From assembly GCA_041082215.1 (NCBI GenBank), contig JBDOIF010000093.1, positions 69,504-133,503 on the forward strand: a stretch of 64,000 nt of DNA, given 5' to 3'. Made by a program: the position numbers and the translations under genes. The notes under the pieces are model-generated. The model searched no databases and was not told the origin of the DNA. It saw only the letters and a list, made by a program, of their open reading frames with translations. This stretch comes from Anaerolineae bacterium (lineage in GTDB: Bacteria > Chloroflexota > Anaerolineae > B4-G1 > DUEL01). Numbering within the stretch: position 1 is the first letter of the stretch; each line of letters starts with the position of its first letter. Positions 31,866 to 40,690 of the stretch are shown here, in pieces.

Positions 31866-34800
31866 GAGTTAACGTTTGACGTTTGACGTTCCAGGTTGTA
31901 GACAACTCCCAGAAGCAGGAAAAAGGCGAACGCCAGGTCAATCAGGAAGAAAGAATGGTCCACCAGCCCGTGGGCCAGCATATCCGCCATCGCTCCCATC
32001 GCCCCGATGGCCAGCGCCCGCCCGTCGGGGTGGCGCAACCGGCGGAGGGGGAGCGCCGCCCGCCAGAAGGCCACCTGCAGCCAGGCCCCCGCTGCCGCCC
32101 CGAAGGCCCCCAGCCGCGCCCAGTGGTCGAGCAGCCAGTTGTGGGGATGGGAAAGGTCCGGCTCCTGCCAGGCATCGGGAAGGATATAGCGGCCCCGGTA
32201 CTGGTACAGGAAGTTGTCCAGTCCCACACCCAGCCAGAGATGGTCGCGGATCATCGAGAGGGTGGCCTGCCACAGCTTGAGCCGGAAAAAGGTGGTGCCG
32301 CTCTGAAGGTCGAAGAGGGAGGCGAAACGGGGTAGCCGCAGGAGCGGGATCAACGCCAGCGCCGCGGCCGCGATGCCGGCCAGGGTAGCCCACAGCCAGC
32401 GCCCTCCGGCCAGAAGCCCCATCGTCACCAGGGAGGCGGGCACTCCCAGGAGGAGCGCCCCTTTGGAGAAGCTCAGGAGAATGGCCGCACCCACCGGCAG
32501 TGCCGCCAGCCCATAGAGCCATCGGCGGCGGCGGTTCCCGGCGAAGAGGGGGACCGCCAGCAGGAAGGGCAGCACCCGGCCCAGATAGAGACCCACGTTG
32601 TTGGGGGAGCCGTAGACGGAGCGGAGGCGGGGCAACCCTCCCTCGGCGGTGATCAGGTTGACGCCGAGGCCGTACTGTGCCAGGCCGATGAGGGCCACCG
32701 CCACCCCTCCGGCGACGAAGAAATCCACCACCCGCCACAGGTCCCGCCGATCCAGGCGGGAGGTGCACAACATCAAGTACAGGGCGGCCGGCTCCAGGAT
32801 CACCAGCCGCAGCTCCCGCCACGCCACCCGTTTGAACTCGGCAAGGAAGGGGGAGAGAAGGGAAAGGAGGACGAGAGCGAGGACGGCGAGGTCCAGGGGG
32901 TGCAGGGTTACGAGTTTGCGAGTGTGCGGGCGTGCAGGTGTGCAGATGCGCAGGTTAGCGAGTTGCCGCACCCCCCACGAGGCCAGGCTCATCAGCGTCA
33001 CGATCTCCGCCATCGAGAAGGCTTTGGCGAAGACCCGCCAGGGGAAACCGTAGAAGGGGGCCAGGGCGACGATCAGCGCCATCCCCAATTCGGGGCGGAG
33101 GAGGATAAGGGCGAAGAGGAGCAGGCCGGAGAGGACCGTCAGCAGGAACCAGGGGGAGTAGTAAAAGAGGCCGGCGGCGGCAAGGGTGGCGGTGATGCCG
33201 ACTGTGTCGCCGAGGCGGCGGAAAGCACTGCCCGCTTCCTGCCCCCAGGTCATCCAGGTGGAGAGCCAGAGCAGGCCAGCGGTGGCGGCGGTGAGGAGGA
33301 GCTGACCCCCCTGGGAGAGCCGGCTCCAGGCGGCGGAGACGGCCCGGCCCAGCGCCCCCCACCCCATCCGTCGGCCCGCCACCACCAGGCCGACCAGCCC
33401 GGCCAGGGCTGCGACCGACAGCCCGGCCAGCGACCAGCGGTAGATGGCCTCGTCGGGATGGCAGGCCACCGACCAGCCAGCCAGCGGCCACTGGTCCCAT
33501 CCCCGCTCCACCGTCACCACAGCGACGTGGGGGCCGGGTGAGAGGCGGGTAGCGACAGGCAGGGTGACAAGCTGCGGTTCGTAGTCGGGGGAGGTGAGGG
33601 GAAGATAGGCACGGCCTGCCTCGTCCCGAGGGAGCGCATTGGCCGGCCGCCCGTCCACAGTAACGTAGAAGTAAGCTCGATAATGGCCCCGCCGCGCCCG
33701 CAGGCCAAGATCGGTGCCCCAGAAAGGAATGGTCACCTGCTCCCCGCCCTCCGGGCTGGGATCGGCTCCCAGGTCCGAGAACTCCCAATCCCCTTCCCAC
33801 CCGGCCACACCGGAAAGGGGAGTATAGGCCCCGGGGTAGTTGGTCGGCTCGGCGTGGGCCAGCTCCGCCAGGGCACGGAAGACCGGGCGGGGGGTCCCGT
33901 CCGGGGCGACGGCGGCGAATCCCCAATGGCCCCGGGCGTCCGGCGTGCCGGAAGGGAGGGCCACGTCGGGGTCGGGCTGGAAGTGGGCCAGGCACATCGC
34001 CCCCATCCAGGGCCACTCCCGGCGGGCGCGCTCCACAGCAGCGACGGTGTGGGCGGCCTGGGTGGCTTCGTCCACCGAACCCCATATGGAAGGGACATCC
34101 TCCCACCCCACCGGCAGGCTGTTCCAGCCGAAGTGGGAGGCCCAGATGGCCTTCCCGCCGTCCCCGTGCCGGACCATCACCTCCCGGATCAGGACGATGC
34201 GGGAGAAGTTCAGCCGGTCCTCCGCGACCTGCCGGTCGTCAGGGCCGGCGTCGAAGCCGTAGGGCTGGGCGGAGAGGATGTCGAAGTAAGGAGCCGCCCC
34301 GGCGCTGTAGAGGCCCTCCAGGAAGCGGACCTCAGAGAGGTTCTCCGGCCCCTGCTCGACGGTGGGAGCCAGGCTGCCCAGGAGAATACGGCTATCCGGG
34401 TCAGCCTGGCGGATCGCCTCCGCCGCTTCCTGCAGGAGCCGGGCGTAGGCGGCCGGGTTCGGCTCCGCTCCCCAGCCATCGGCCAGGTTAGGGTTGTGCC
34501 AGACCTGGTAGTGGTTGATTCGGTCGCCGTAGCGGGAGGCGAAGGCGCGGGCGAAGCGGGCGAAGTCCCCCGCCGGAGGCGGAGTGCCGGCCCAGGATGG
34601 GGCGGTTTCCAGGACAGCGATGACCTGCAGCCCCCGTCCGGCCACCTCCTCCACGACGCGGTCCCATATCGCCCAATCGTACACCCCTGGCTCCGGCTCG
34701 ATCCGCGCCCAGGGGAAGGACTGTCGCACCCAAACAAATCCGCCCTCGGCGATGAGGTCAAGCGCCCAGTCCAACCTTTCCCCCTCGTACTGGGCCAGCG

Positions 34801-34969
34801 CAGCGTTGATGCAGAAGGGAGAGACATCGGCGTCAGCGACCGGTTCGGGCAGCCCCGCCGGTATCCCCCGGGTGAGCGCCCGCCAGTTGGCGATACAGGA
34901 GGGAATAGCGAGGGAGGAGAGAAGAAGCAGGAAGCAAGAGGCAAGAAACAGGAAATGGATGCGTCTCAC
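31862..34969 (-). CDS. Fusion of clan GH-A glycoside-hydrolase-like domain and O-antigen ligase/polymerase (Wzy_C-like) domain
   Basis: N-term WVRQSFPWARIEPEPGVYDW, YFDILSAQPYG; C-term multi-TM with YGSPNNVG, SFSKGA, RLKLW, LGVGLDNF, HPHN. Confidence 0.8.
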   Translation of the reverse strand: MRRIHFLFLASCFLLLLSSLAIPSCIANWRALTRGIPAGLPEPVADADVSPFCINAALAQYEGERLDWALDLIAEGGFVWVRQSFPWARIEPEPGVYDWAIWDRVVEEVAGRGLQVIAVLETAPSWAGTPPPAGDFARFARAFASRYGDRINHYQVWHNPNLADGWGAEPNPAAYARLLQEAAEAIRQADPDSRILLGSLAPTVEQGPENLSEVRFLEGLYSAGAAPYFDILSAQPYGFDAGPDDRQVAEDRLNFSRIVLIREVMVRHGDGGKAIWASHFGWNSLPVGWEDVPSIWGSVDEATQAAHTVAAVERARREWPWMGAMCLAHFQPDPDVALPSGTPDARGHWGFAAVAPDGTPRPVFRALAELAHAEPTNYPGAYTPLSGVAGWEGDWEFSDLGADPSPEGGEQVTIPFWGTDLGLRARRGHYRAYFYVTVDGRPANALPRDEAGRAYLPLTSPDYEPQLVTLPVATRLSPGPHVAVVTVERGWDQWPLAGWSVACHPDEAIYRWSLAGLSVAALAGLVGLVVAGRRMGWGALGRAVSAAWSRLSQGGQLLLTAATAGLLWLSTWMTWGQEAGSAFRRLGDTVGITATLAAAGLFYYSPWFLLTVLSGLLLFALILLRPELGMALIVALAPFYGFPWRVFAKAFSMAEIVTLMSLASWGVRQLANLRICTPARPHTRKLVTLHPLDLAVLALVLLSLLSPFLAEFKRVAWRELRLVILEPAALYLMLCTSRLDRRDLWRVVDFFVAGGVAVALIGLAQYGLGVNLITAEGGLPRLRSVYGSPNNVGLYLGRVLPFLLAVPLFAGNRRRRWLYGLAALPVGAAILLSFSKGALLLGVPASLVTMGLLAGGRWLWATLAGIAAAALALIPLLRLPRFASLFDLQSGTTFFRLKLWQATLSMIRDHLWLGVGLDNFLYQYRGRYILPDAWQEPDLSHPHNWLLDHWARLGAFGAAAGAWLQVAFWRAALPLRRLRHPDGRALAIGAMGAMADMLAHGLVDHSFFLIDLAFAFFLLLGVVYNLERQTSNVNS

Positions 34970-36561
34970 TCTTCTACCTCCACTTCACCGGCCCAGCGCA
35001 CGGCGACAATCGCCCCGTCGTCGGTGATGCGGCGGGCCTCCCCTTCCAGCGTCACCAGATAGAGGTCACCCTGGTACACCGCAAGAAACCGCCCCCCCCG
35101 GGGATCCCAGGCCACCGCCGGGTACTCCAGCCCCGGCTCTCCTGAGGTCCTGGGGAAGAGCAGCCGCCGATCCGACCCGTCCCGGTCCATCAGATACAGG
35201 TCGTAGGAGCTGGTCTGGGAAGTATAGGGGATGCGGGCGCGGCCGAAGAGAATCCACTGGCCGTCGGGGGAGAAGGAGGGGGCGGCCCACATGCCGACCT
35301 CGGAGGCCAGTTCTGCTTTCAGGGAAGGGGTGAGGGTATCCCGCCCCTCGATGCCAACGCCCACGACGTAGAGGTCGAACACGGGGCTGTCCTCCGGCAG
35401 CTCCCCGGTGGGGGAGGGGCCGTGGGCAATGGTGGCGAGGAAGCTCCCTTCGGGCGACCAGGAGGTGGGAGGGACCCAGGCCCAGGGGCCACGGGTGCGG
35501 TAGGGCGGAAACTGGAGCAGGGGGAAGGAACGGCCATCGTAGACCCGCACGATCCCCACCTCATCCGCGCGGGCGTAAGCCAGCAGCGCCCTGTTGACAT
35601 CCGGCTCCCGGGATCGCCAGGCAAAGGTGGTCCCCCACCAGCCGTAAGCGCCGCCAGCGGACGGAGAGAGCACCCGGCGACGCCCTACCAGTCGCCCCTC
35701 TTCAGGGCGGGGGATGGCGAGATAGAGATCGTTGGCAGCCTCCCATCCCGGAGGGGCATCACGTGCCGTGCCGGTGGAATAGGCGATATGCTCCCCGTCC
35801 GGCGCCCAGGCGGCCCAGAGGATGTCCCCGGCGCCGAGAGGGACCGGTTCGGCGTCGGCGGTGGCGGTGTCAACGATCCACAGCGTGTTGAGGGAGCCGG
35901 TTTCGGTGGCGGCGCGGGTGAAGAGGAGCCAGGCCCCGTCCGGGGAAAGCTCGAACACCCGCCCATCCAGGTCCCCGGTGGCGGTGAGCCGGCGCGGGGT
36001 GCCCGTGGTGGTGCGCATCACCCAGCCGTTATGGGCGGAGAGGTAGGCGACGGTGCCGGAAATGGGGACGGCGGCCAGCTCCTCCCGGGCGCCGATCAGC
36101 ACCACCTCGTTCTGTGGCTCCTGGACCAGGGTCCGTTGCACAATCCGCCGCCCCGTCTCGACGCCGTCCTCCAGGGTGATGGCGTAGGTGATCTCCTCGA
36201 TGCCGTTGACACCGGCGCGCAGGAGCCGCGTCTCCCCCACAGGGACGGTGGCGTCGCGGACCGTCTCCCGGCTGTACGGGAGGGTACGCTGCTCCGTCTC
36301 CGTCCGCACCTCGACGCGGATCACACGGACGGTCAGGCCGTCGGTGAGGAAGGTGTTTTCGGGAGGGGTAACCCGGTCGTCCTCATCGAGGGTCACGCCG
36401 GCCTGGACCAGCAGGTCGCCGACGGTCTGGACGTCGGTGGTGAGGGTACGGCTCTCCCCGTCGGCGATGAGGGTAACGGTGAGCGGACCAACAGGAGCAC
36501 ACGCAGTTGTAAGGGATGCCAGGAGCATCCCCAGAGCGATCAGTGAAATGTACCTGGGCAT
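34966..36561 (-). CDS. Lipoprotein with DUF348/G5 domains and TolB-like beta-propeller
   Basis: TTAC lipobox; TVGDLLVQAGVTL..DDRVTP; G5-like GETRLLRAGVNG...EPQNEVVLIG; SPDG/APDG repeats. Confidence 0.8.
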   Translation of the reverse strand: MPRYISLIALGMLLASLTTACAPVGPLTVTLIADGESRTLTTDVQTVGDLLVQAGVTLDEDDRVTPPENTFLTDGLTVRVIRVEVRTETEQRTLPYSRETVRDATVPVGETRLLRAGVNGIEEITYAITLEDGVETGRRIVQRTLVQEPQNEVVLIGAREELAAVPISGTVAYLSAHNGWVMRTTTGTPRRLTATGDLDGRVFELSPDGAWLLFTRAATETGSLNTLWIVDTATADAEPVPLGAGDILWAAWAPDGEHIAYSTGTARDAPPGWEAANDLYLAIPRPEEGRLVGRRRVLSPSAGGAYGWWGTTFAWRSREPDVNRALLAYARADEVGIVRVYDGRSFPLLQFPPYRTRGPWAWVPPTSWSPEGSFLATIAHGPSPTGELPEDSPVFDLYVVGVGIEGRDTLTPSLKAELASEVGMWAAPSFSPDGQWILFGRARIPYTSQTSSYDLYLMDRDGSDRRLLFPRTSGEPGLEYPAVAWDPRGGRFLAVYQGDLYLVTLEGEARRITDDGAIVAVRWAGEVEVEE

Positions 36562-36569
36562 CGGCGAGG

Positions 36570-36598
36570 ATTATACCAGCAAGGGGGGAGGTTAGCAA
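36570..36598 (-). promoter_or_regulatory. Promoter giving a probably leaderless transcript
   Basis: TTGCTA-17 nt-(TGG)TATAAT, 8 nt before the ATG at 36561; no SD. Confidence 0.7.
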
Positions 36599-37956
36599 CG
36601 GACCGGATCGGCCACCTGCCCGATCAGGTCGTACTCCAGCGCGCCGGTGATCTCGACCGGAACCATCGAACCGATGGGAAGCTCCCCCTCCACCAGTACC
36701 AGCCCATCAATCTCCGGCGCGTCCCGGTAACTGCGGCCCACGCTCAGCCCCTCCCCCTGCCCCTCGATCAGCACGTCCAGCACCGAGCCGATCAGCGCCC
36801 GGTTCTTCTCCAGAGAGATGGACTGCTGAAGTTCCATCAGTCGGGCGCGGCGCTCTTCTTTCATCTCCGGCGGCACGTCGTCGGGGAGGGAAGCCGCATC
36901 GGTTCCCTCCTCCCAGGAGTAGGTGAAGACCCCCATCCGATCGAAGGCCATCTCCGCAACGAAAGCCTCCAGCGCGGCGAACTCCTCCTCCGTCTCCCCG
37001 GGATAGCCGACGATGAAGGTAGTGCGGATAGCGACGGCAGGGACCCGCTCCCGGAGCGTCGCCACCGTTCTCCGTACCCAATCTACGTCCGCCGGGCGGC
37101 GCATCCGGCGCAGGACGGCCGGGTGGGCGTGCTGGAGGGGGATGTCCAGGTAGGGGAGGACCTGTGGATAGCGGGCCATCACCTCGATCAGCCGGGGGGT
37201 AACGGCGCCGGGGAAACCGTACATCACCCGGATCCAGGGAACCTGAGGGACCGTCTCCACCAGCCGCTCCAGCAGCTCCGCCAGCCCGTCCTCTATCCCC
37301 AGGTCCCGCCCGTAGGCGGTGGTATCCTGGGCGATGAGGACGATCTCCCGAACGCCCCGCTCGGCCAGGAAGCGGGCGTCGTCCAGGACCCGCTCCGGGA
37401 GGCGGCTGACGGCAGGCCCTTTGATGAGGGGGATGGCGCAGAAGGCGCAGGTCCGGCTACAGCCGTCGGCGATCTTCAGGTATCCGGTGGCCCCCTGGAT
37501 CGCCACCCGGGGCACGGCGATGCTCGGCCCGGCGGTAGATGGGGAAAGGTGAACGACCGGGCCGGCCCGGTTGGGACGGGTCAGCTCCCGCGCGACCTCC
37601 ACCACATCCATCCACCGCCTCGTCCCCAGCAACCCATCCACCCCCGGGACCGCTGCCAGGATCGCCTCCGGGTCCCGCTGGGACCAGCACCCGGCGACCA
37701 GGAGGGTCTGGCCGGCCCGCCGGGAGGCTGCCAGCTCCCGCAACGCCTCCAGCGATTCCCGCCGCGCCGGCTCGATGAAGCCGCAGGTGTTGACGATGAG
37801 CAGGTCGGCCTGCCCCGGCTCCTCCACCGCCCGGTAGCCCGCCTGCACGAGGAGCGTCGCCATCCCCTGGGCGTCCACCGTGTTCTTGGCACAGCCCAGA
37901 GAAAGGATATAGAAACGCTGTCCGATGGGGGGTTTCCCCTTGCTCCGCCTGGTCAT
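36592..37956 (-). CDS. rimO: Ribosomal protein S12 methylthiotransferase
   Basis: SLGCAKNTVD, NTCGFI, KIADGCSRTCAFCAIP, YLDIPLQH, GRSYRDAPEIDG. Confidence 0.95.
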   Translation of the reverse strand: MTRRSKGKPPIGQRFYILSLGCAKNTVDAQGMATLLVQAGYRAVEEPGQADLLIVNTCGFIEPARRESLEALRELAASRRAGQTLLVAGCWSQRDPEAILAAVPGVDGLLGTRRWMDVVEVARELTRPNRAGPVVHLSPSTAGPSIAVPRVAIQGATGYLKIADGCSRTCAFCAIPLIKGPAVSRLPERVLDDARFLAERGVREIVLIAQDTTAYGRDLGIEDGLAELLERLVETVPQVPWIRVMYGFPGAVTPRLIEVMARYPQVLPYLDIPLQHAHPAVLRRMRRPADVDWVRRTVATLRERVPAVAIRTTFIVGYPGETEEEFAALEAFVAEMAFDRMGVFTYSWEEGTDAASLPDDVPPEMKEERRARLMELQQSISLEKNRALIGSVLDVLIEGQGEGLSVGRSYRDAPEIDGLVLVEGELPIGSMVPVEITGALEYDLIGQVADPVRC

Positions 37957-38013
37957 TTATGGTATCTTCGAGTTGCGAGTTGCAAGTTACAAGATGCAAG
38001 GTGTAGGATAACA

Positions 38014-39930
38014 TTGAAATCTGAAACCTGCAACCTGAAACCCGTTGCTGCAGCCGCAGTAGTCTCCCTGATATTCACGCTGCTTCTCTACGGTGGCGCG
38101 CTGACCCTTCCCTTTTATTCGGACGACCTCCTTCAGGTTCCGTGGGTAAAAGAGACGGGGCTGGTCGAGTTCTGGCACACCGTCGGGCCGTATCAGGACT
38201 ACCGGCCTCTGCACTTCACCCTCTGGCGGCTTCTTTACCTGCTGGCTGGCGACCTGCGGCCGGGGATGTTGCACGGGCTGAATCTGGCGGGGCATACAGC
38301 CTGCGGGGCAATGGTGGGCCTGCTGGCGGCCCGATGGAGACGGGGCGATTGGGCGGTCGCGTCTCTGGCAGCAGCGCTCTTCGCGGCCTTCCCCTTCGCC
38401 TTCGACGCCGTCCCCTGGGCCATCGGCTTCTCCTACCCGCTGACCACCGGACTGGCGCTGGGCGCGTTGCTAGTCTATCTGAAGGCCCGGAAACGAGGCT
38501 CAACGGCGCTCTATCTGACCTCCGTTGTGCTTGTCTTTCTGGCGGGCTTCTCCTACGAGGGAGGCGTGGCGACCGGGCCGGCCATCTTGCTTGCCGAATG
38601 GCTCCTGCCCGGAGAGGGACGACGCCGCCCCGCCTGGCCCCTCGCCCATGTCGCCGGGTCGGCGATAGTGCTGTACGTGGGTGCGCTGGTCCGCCCCCAG
38701 GGGACAGCATTCCACGGCCTGGCCTGGCCCGACCTGGCCTGCAATGGGGCTTATGCCCTCCAGGCGCTTACCTTCCCGGCGGCCCCGCTGGCCGGGGTTC
38801 TGGCCCGCTGGGGAATGAACCCCTCTCTGGCGGTGGCGCTGGCAGGGCTGCCGGTGCTGGCGGCGGTGGGGTGGGCAGGCCGACGGACCGCAGGTGTCGG
38901 CCCGCTCCTTCTGGCCCTGGGCTGGTGGGCTCTCTGGTCCCTGCCGTCGGTCCTCACGCTCCGTTTTGACTGGCTGAAGGACGCTCCCCGCGCCTTCTAC
39001 CCGGCGGCGGCTGGGGCGGCGCTTCTGTGGGCGAATGGGTTGAACCGCGGAGGACGCAAAGTCAGCCTTTCAGCACACGCCGCGTCCCTGGCGGCCGTGG
39101 CCGCGCTCTGCCTGGCCCCTGCCTGCTGGTTCGTGGTCGGGCGGATGGCCCTGCAGCGGCAGGTGGGAGGGCTGCTGTGGGAGGTCGTTGCCGCAGCAGA
39201 GGGGGAGGGGCCGCTTCTGGTCGTCAACCTGCCCGGCCGGATCACCCCGCCGGGCCGGCTTTACCCCCTGGGGCACGAGGGGCTGATCCCCATGCCGGCC
39301 CGTGTGGGGGCGGAGGAGCTGGTGGCGGCCCACACCGGCGAAAGGGGACGGGCCTTCGAACGGGCCTGGGGACCGGTCCTGCCGCCGCTTCCCTACACCG
39401 TTGAGCCCCTCGGCGAACCCCTCAACCCGGACGACCTGCGGAGGGCGGGGCGGGTCGGCCTGGTCGTCTACCGACCCGATGGGATGGAGCTGGAGGAGGC
39501 GGGGGCAGTCCTCTCCCGTTCAATGGAAGGCCACCCGCTCGCCACCTTCGGAGGGAGCGTCTCCCTGCTTTCCGTCGCCTGCGTGCGGGCCGGGCCGGAG
39601 CGGGTGGTCGTCACTGCCACCTGGCGGCTTTCGGAGCCTGTGGAGGGGAACCCCACCGTCTTTGCCCACCTTCTGGGCAGGGGGGGGGAGCTTCTGGCCC
39701 AGGCGGACGGCGATCCGCTACGTGGCCTTTATCCCTTCCGCCTGTGGCCAGCCGGGGAGGTGGTACGGGACGTGCGGAGCTTCGAGGCCACAGCAACGGA
39801 GGCGGTAGAGGTCCGTCTGGGGGTCTGGGAACCGGCGACCGGCCTGCGGTGGAACGGCGTCGGGCCGGATGGGGAGCCATTCCCGGACAACGCTTTCCGG
39901 TATCGCGAATGCCGCAAATCAGGCGAATGA
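38014..39930 (+). CDS. Polytopic membrane protein, GT-C-like glycosyltransferase with C-terminal Ig-like domain
   Basis: TTG start inferred; FYSDD and YRPL in first loop, about 12 TM, C-term VFAHLL...AQADGDP..GLYP...W..GEVVRD. Confidence 0.7.
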   Translation: MKSETCNLKPVAAAAVVSLIFTLLLYGGALTLPFYSDDLLQVPWVKETGLVEFWHTVGPYQDYRPLHFTLWRLLYLLAGDLRPGMLHGLNLAGHTACGAMVGLLAARWRRGDWAVASLAAALFAAFPFAFDAVPWAIGFSYPLTTGLALGALLVYLKARKRGSTALYLTSVVLVFLAGFSYEGGVATGPAILLAEWLLPGEGRRRPAWPLAHVAGSAIVLYVGALVRPQGTAFHGLAWPDLACNGAYALQALTFPAAPLAGVLARWGMNPSLAVALAGLPVLAAVGWAGRRTAGVGPLLLALGWWALWSLPSVLTLRFDWLKDAPRAFYPAAAGAALLWANGLNRGGRKVSLSAHAASLAAVAALCLAPACWFVVGRMALQRQVGGLLWEVVAAAEGEGPLLVVNLPGRITPPGRLYPLGHEGLIPMPARVGAEELVAAHTGERGRAFERAWGPVLPPLPYTVEPLGEPLNPDDLRRAGRVGLVVYRPDGMELEEAGAVLSRSMEGHPLATFGGSVSLLSVACVRAGPERVVVTATWRLSEPVEGNPTVFAHLLGRGGELLAQADGDPLRGLYPFRLWPAGEVVRDVRSFEATATEAVEVRLGVWEPATGLRWNGVGPDGEPFPDNAFRYRECRKSGE

Positions 39931-40573
39931 CGTCTGACGTTTGACGCCTCCAGTAGGGGCGCCCCGATGGGTCGCCCCAACCCTTCCGTGAATAGAAACA
40001 GTAGGGGCGCCCCGATGGGTCGCCCCCACCCTTCCGCGAATAGAAACAGAGCATCACCCCCCCATACCGCCGTCGGTCGAACAGTAGCAGGTATTCCAGC
40101 GGCAGGTCCTCGTACTCACGGGGATGGATCTGGGCGATGGCCCAGCCGTCTTCGGCCAGCCATCCGGGATGGGCATCCAGCGCCTGGAGCGTCCTGGCCC
40201 ACAGCCCCTGATACTGGGGAGGGGCAATGTAAACGTAGTCGAACGGCTCCGGCTCGCGGTGGAGGTAATCGAAGACATCGGCCCGCACCACCCGGGCGGA
40301 GGCCGTCAGCCCGGTAAGGGCCAGATTTTCCCGGATGGTGCGCAACGCCGCTCCTCCCCGCTCCACAAAAACCGCCTCCGCCGCCCCCCGACTGAGGGCC
40401 TCGATCCCCACCTGCCCGGTCCCGGCAAAGAGGTCCAGAAAACGGCAGCCGACCACATCCTGCCCCAGGATACTGAAGAGGGCGGACTTGGCCCGGTCGG
40501 TAATGGGACGGGTCAGCCCGCCGGGCACCGACTTCAGCCTGCGACCCTTTGCCCTTCCTGCAATCACTCTCAT
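39611..40573 (-). CDS. rsmD: 16S rRNA m2G966 methyltransferase with read-through C-terminal extension
   Basis: MRVIAG, TRPITDRAKSALF, LDLFAGTG, EALSRGA, APPQY; homology ends near 40040 but the stop is at 39611. Confidence 0.88.
   Translation of the reverse strand: MRVIAGRAKGRRLKSVPGGLTRPITDRAKSALFSILGQDVVGCRFLDLFAGTGQVGIEALSRGAAEAVFVERGGAALRTIRENLALTGLTASARVVRADVFDYLHREPEPFDYVYIAPPQYQGLWARTLQALDAHPGWLAEDGWAIAQIHPREYEDLPLEYLLLFDRRRYGGVMLCFYSRKGGGDPSGRPYCFYSRKGWGDPSGRPYWRRQTSDVIRLICGIRDTGKRCPGMAPHPARRRSTAGRSPVPRPPDGPLPPPLLWPRSSARPVPPPRLATGGRDKGHVADRRPPGPEAPPPCPEGGQRRWGSPPQAPKAARWQ
39953..40048. repeat. 48-nt tandem duplication containing GTAG-type REP-like palindromes
   Basis: GTAGGGGCGCCCCGATGGGTCGCCCCmACCCTTCCGyGAATAGAAACA x2, two differences. 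Confidence 0.9.
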
Positions 40574-40615
40574 CAGCCCCCTCCTCGCCCCAGTCACCCA
40601 ATCACCCATCCCCCT

Positions 40616-40665
40616 AATATACCCCTTTCCGCCCCCGTTGACAAACGGAAGCCCTGGGTTATACT
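40616..40665. promoter_or_regulatory. Back-to-back promoters for rsmD (-) and rel (+) with overlapping -35 boxes
   Basis: Plus: TTGACA(40638)-16-TATACT. Minus: TTGTCA(40644)-17-TATATT. Confidence 0.65.
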
Positions 40666-40690
40666 CAATAGGAAAAGCAGGCGAAGGCAG

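Noticed and set aside
37123..38013. N-terminal part of the 935-aa ORF
   Set aside because: Antisense to rimO; the credible gene starts near 38014.
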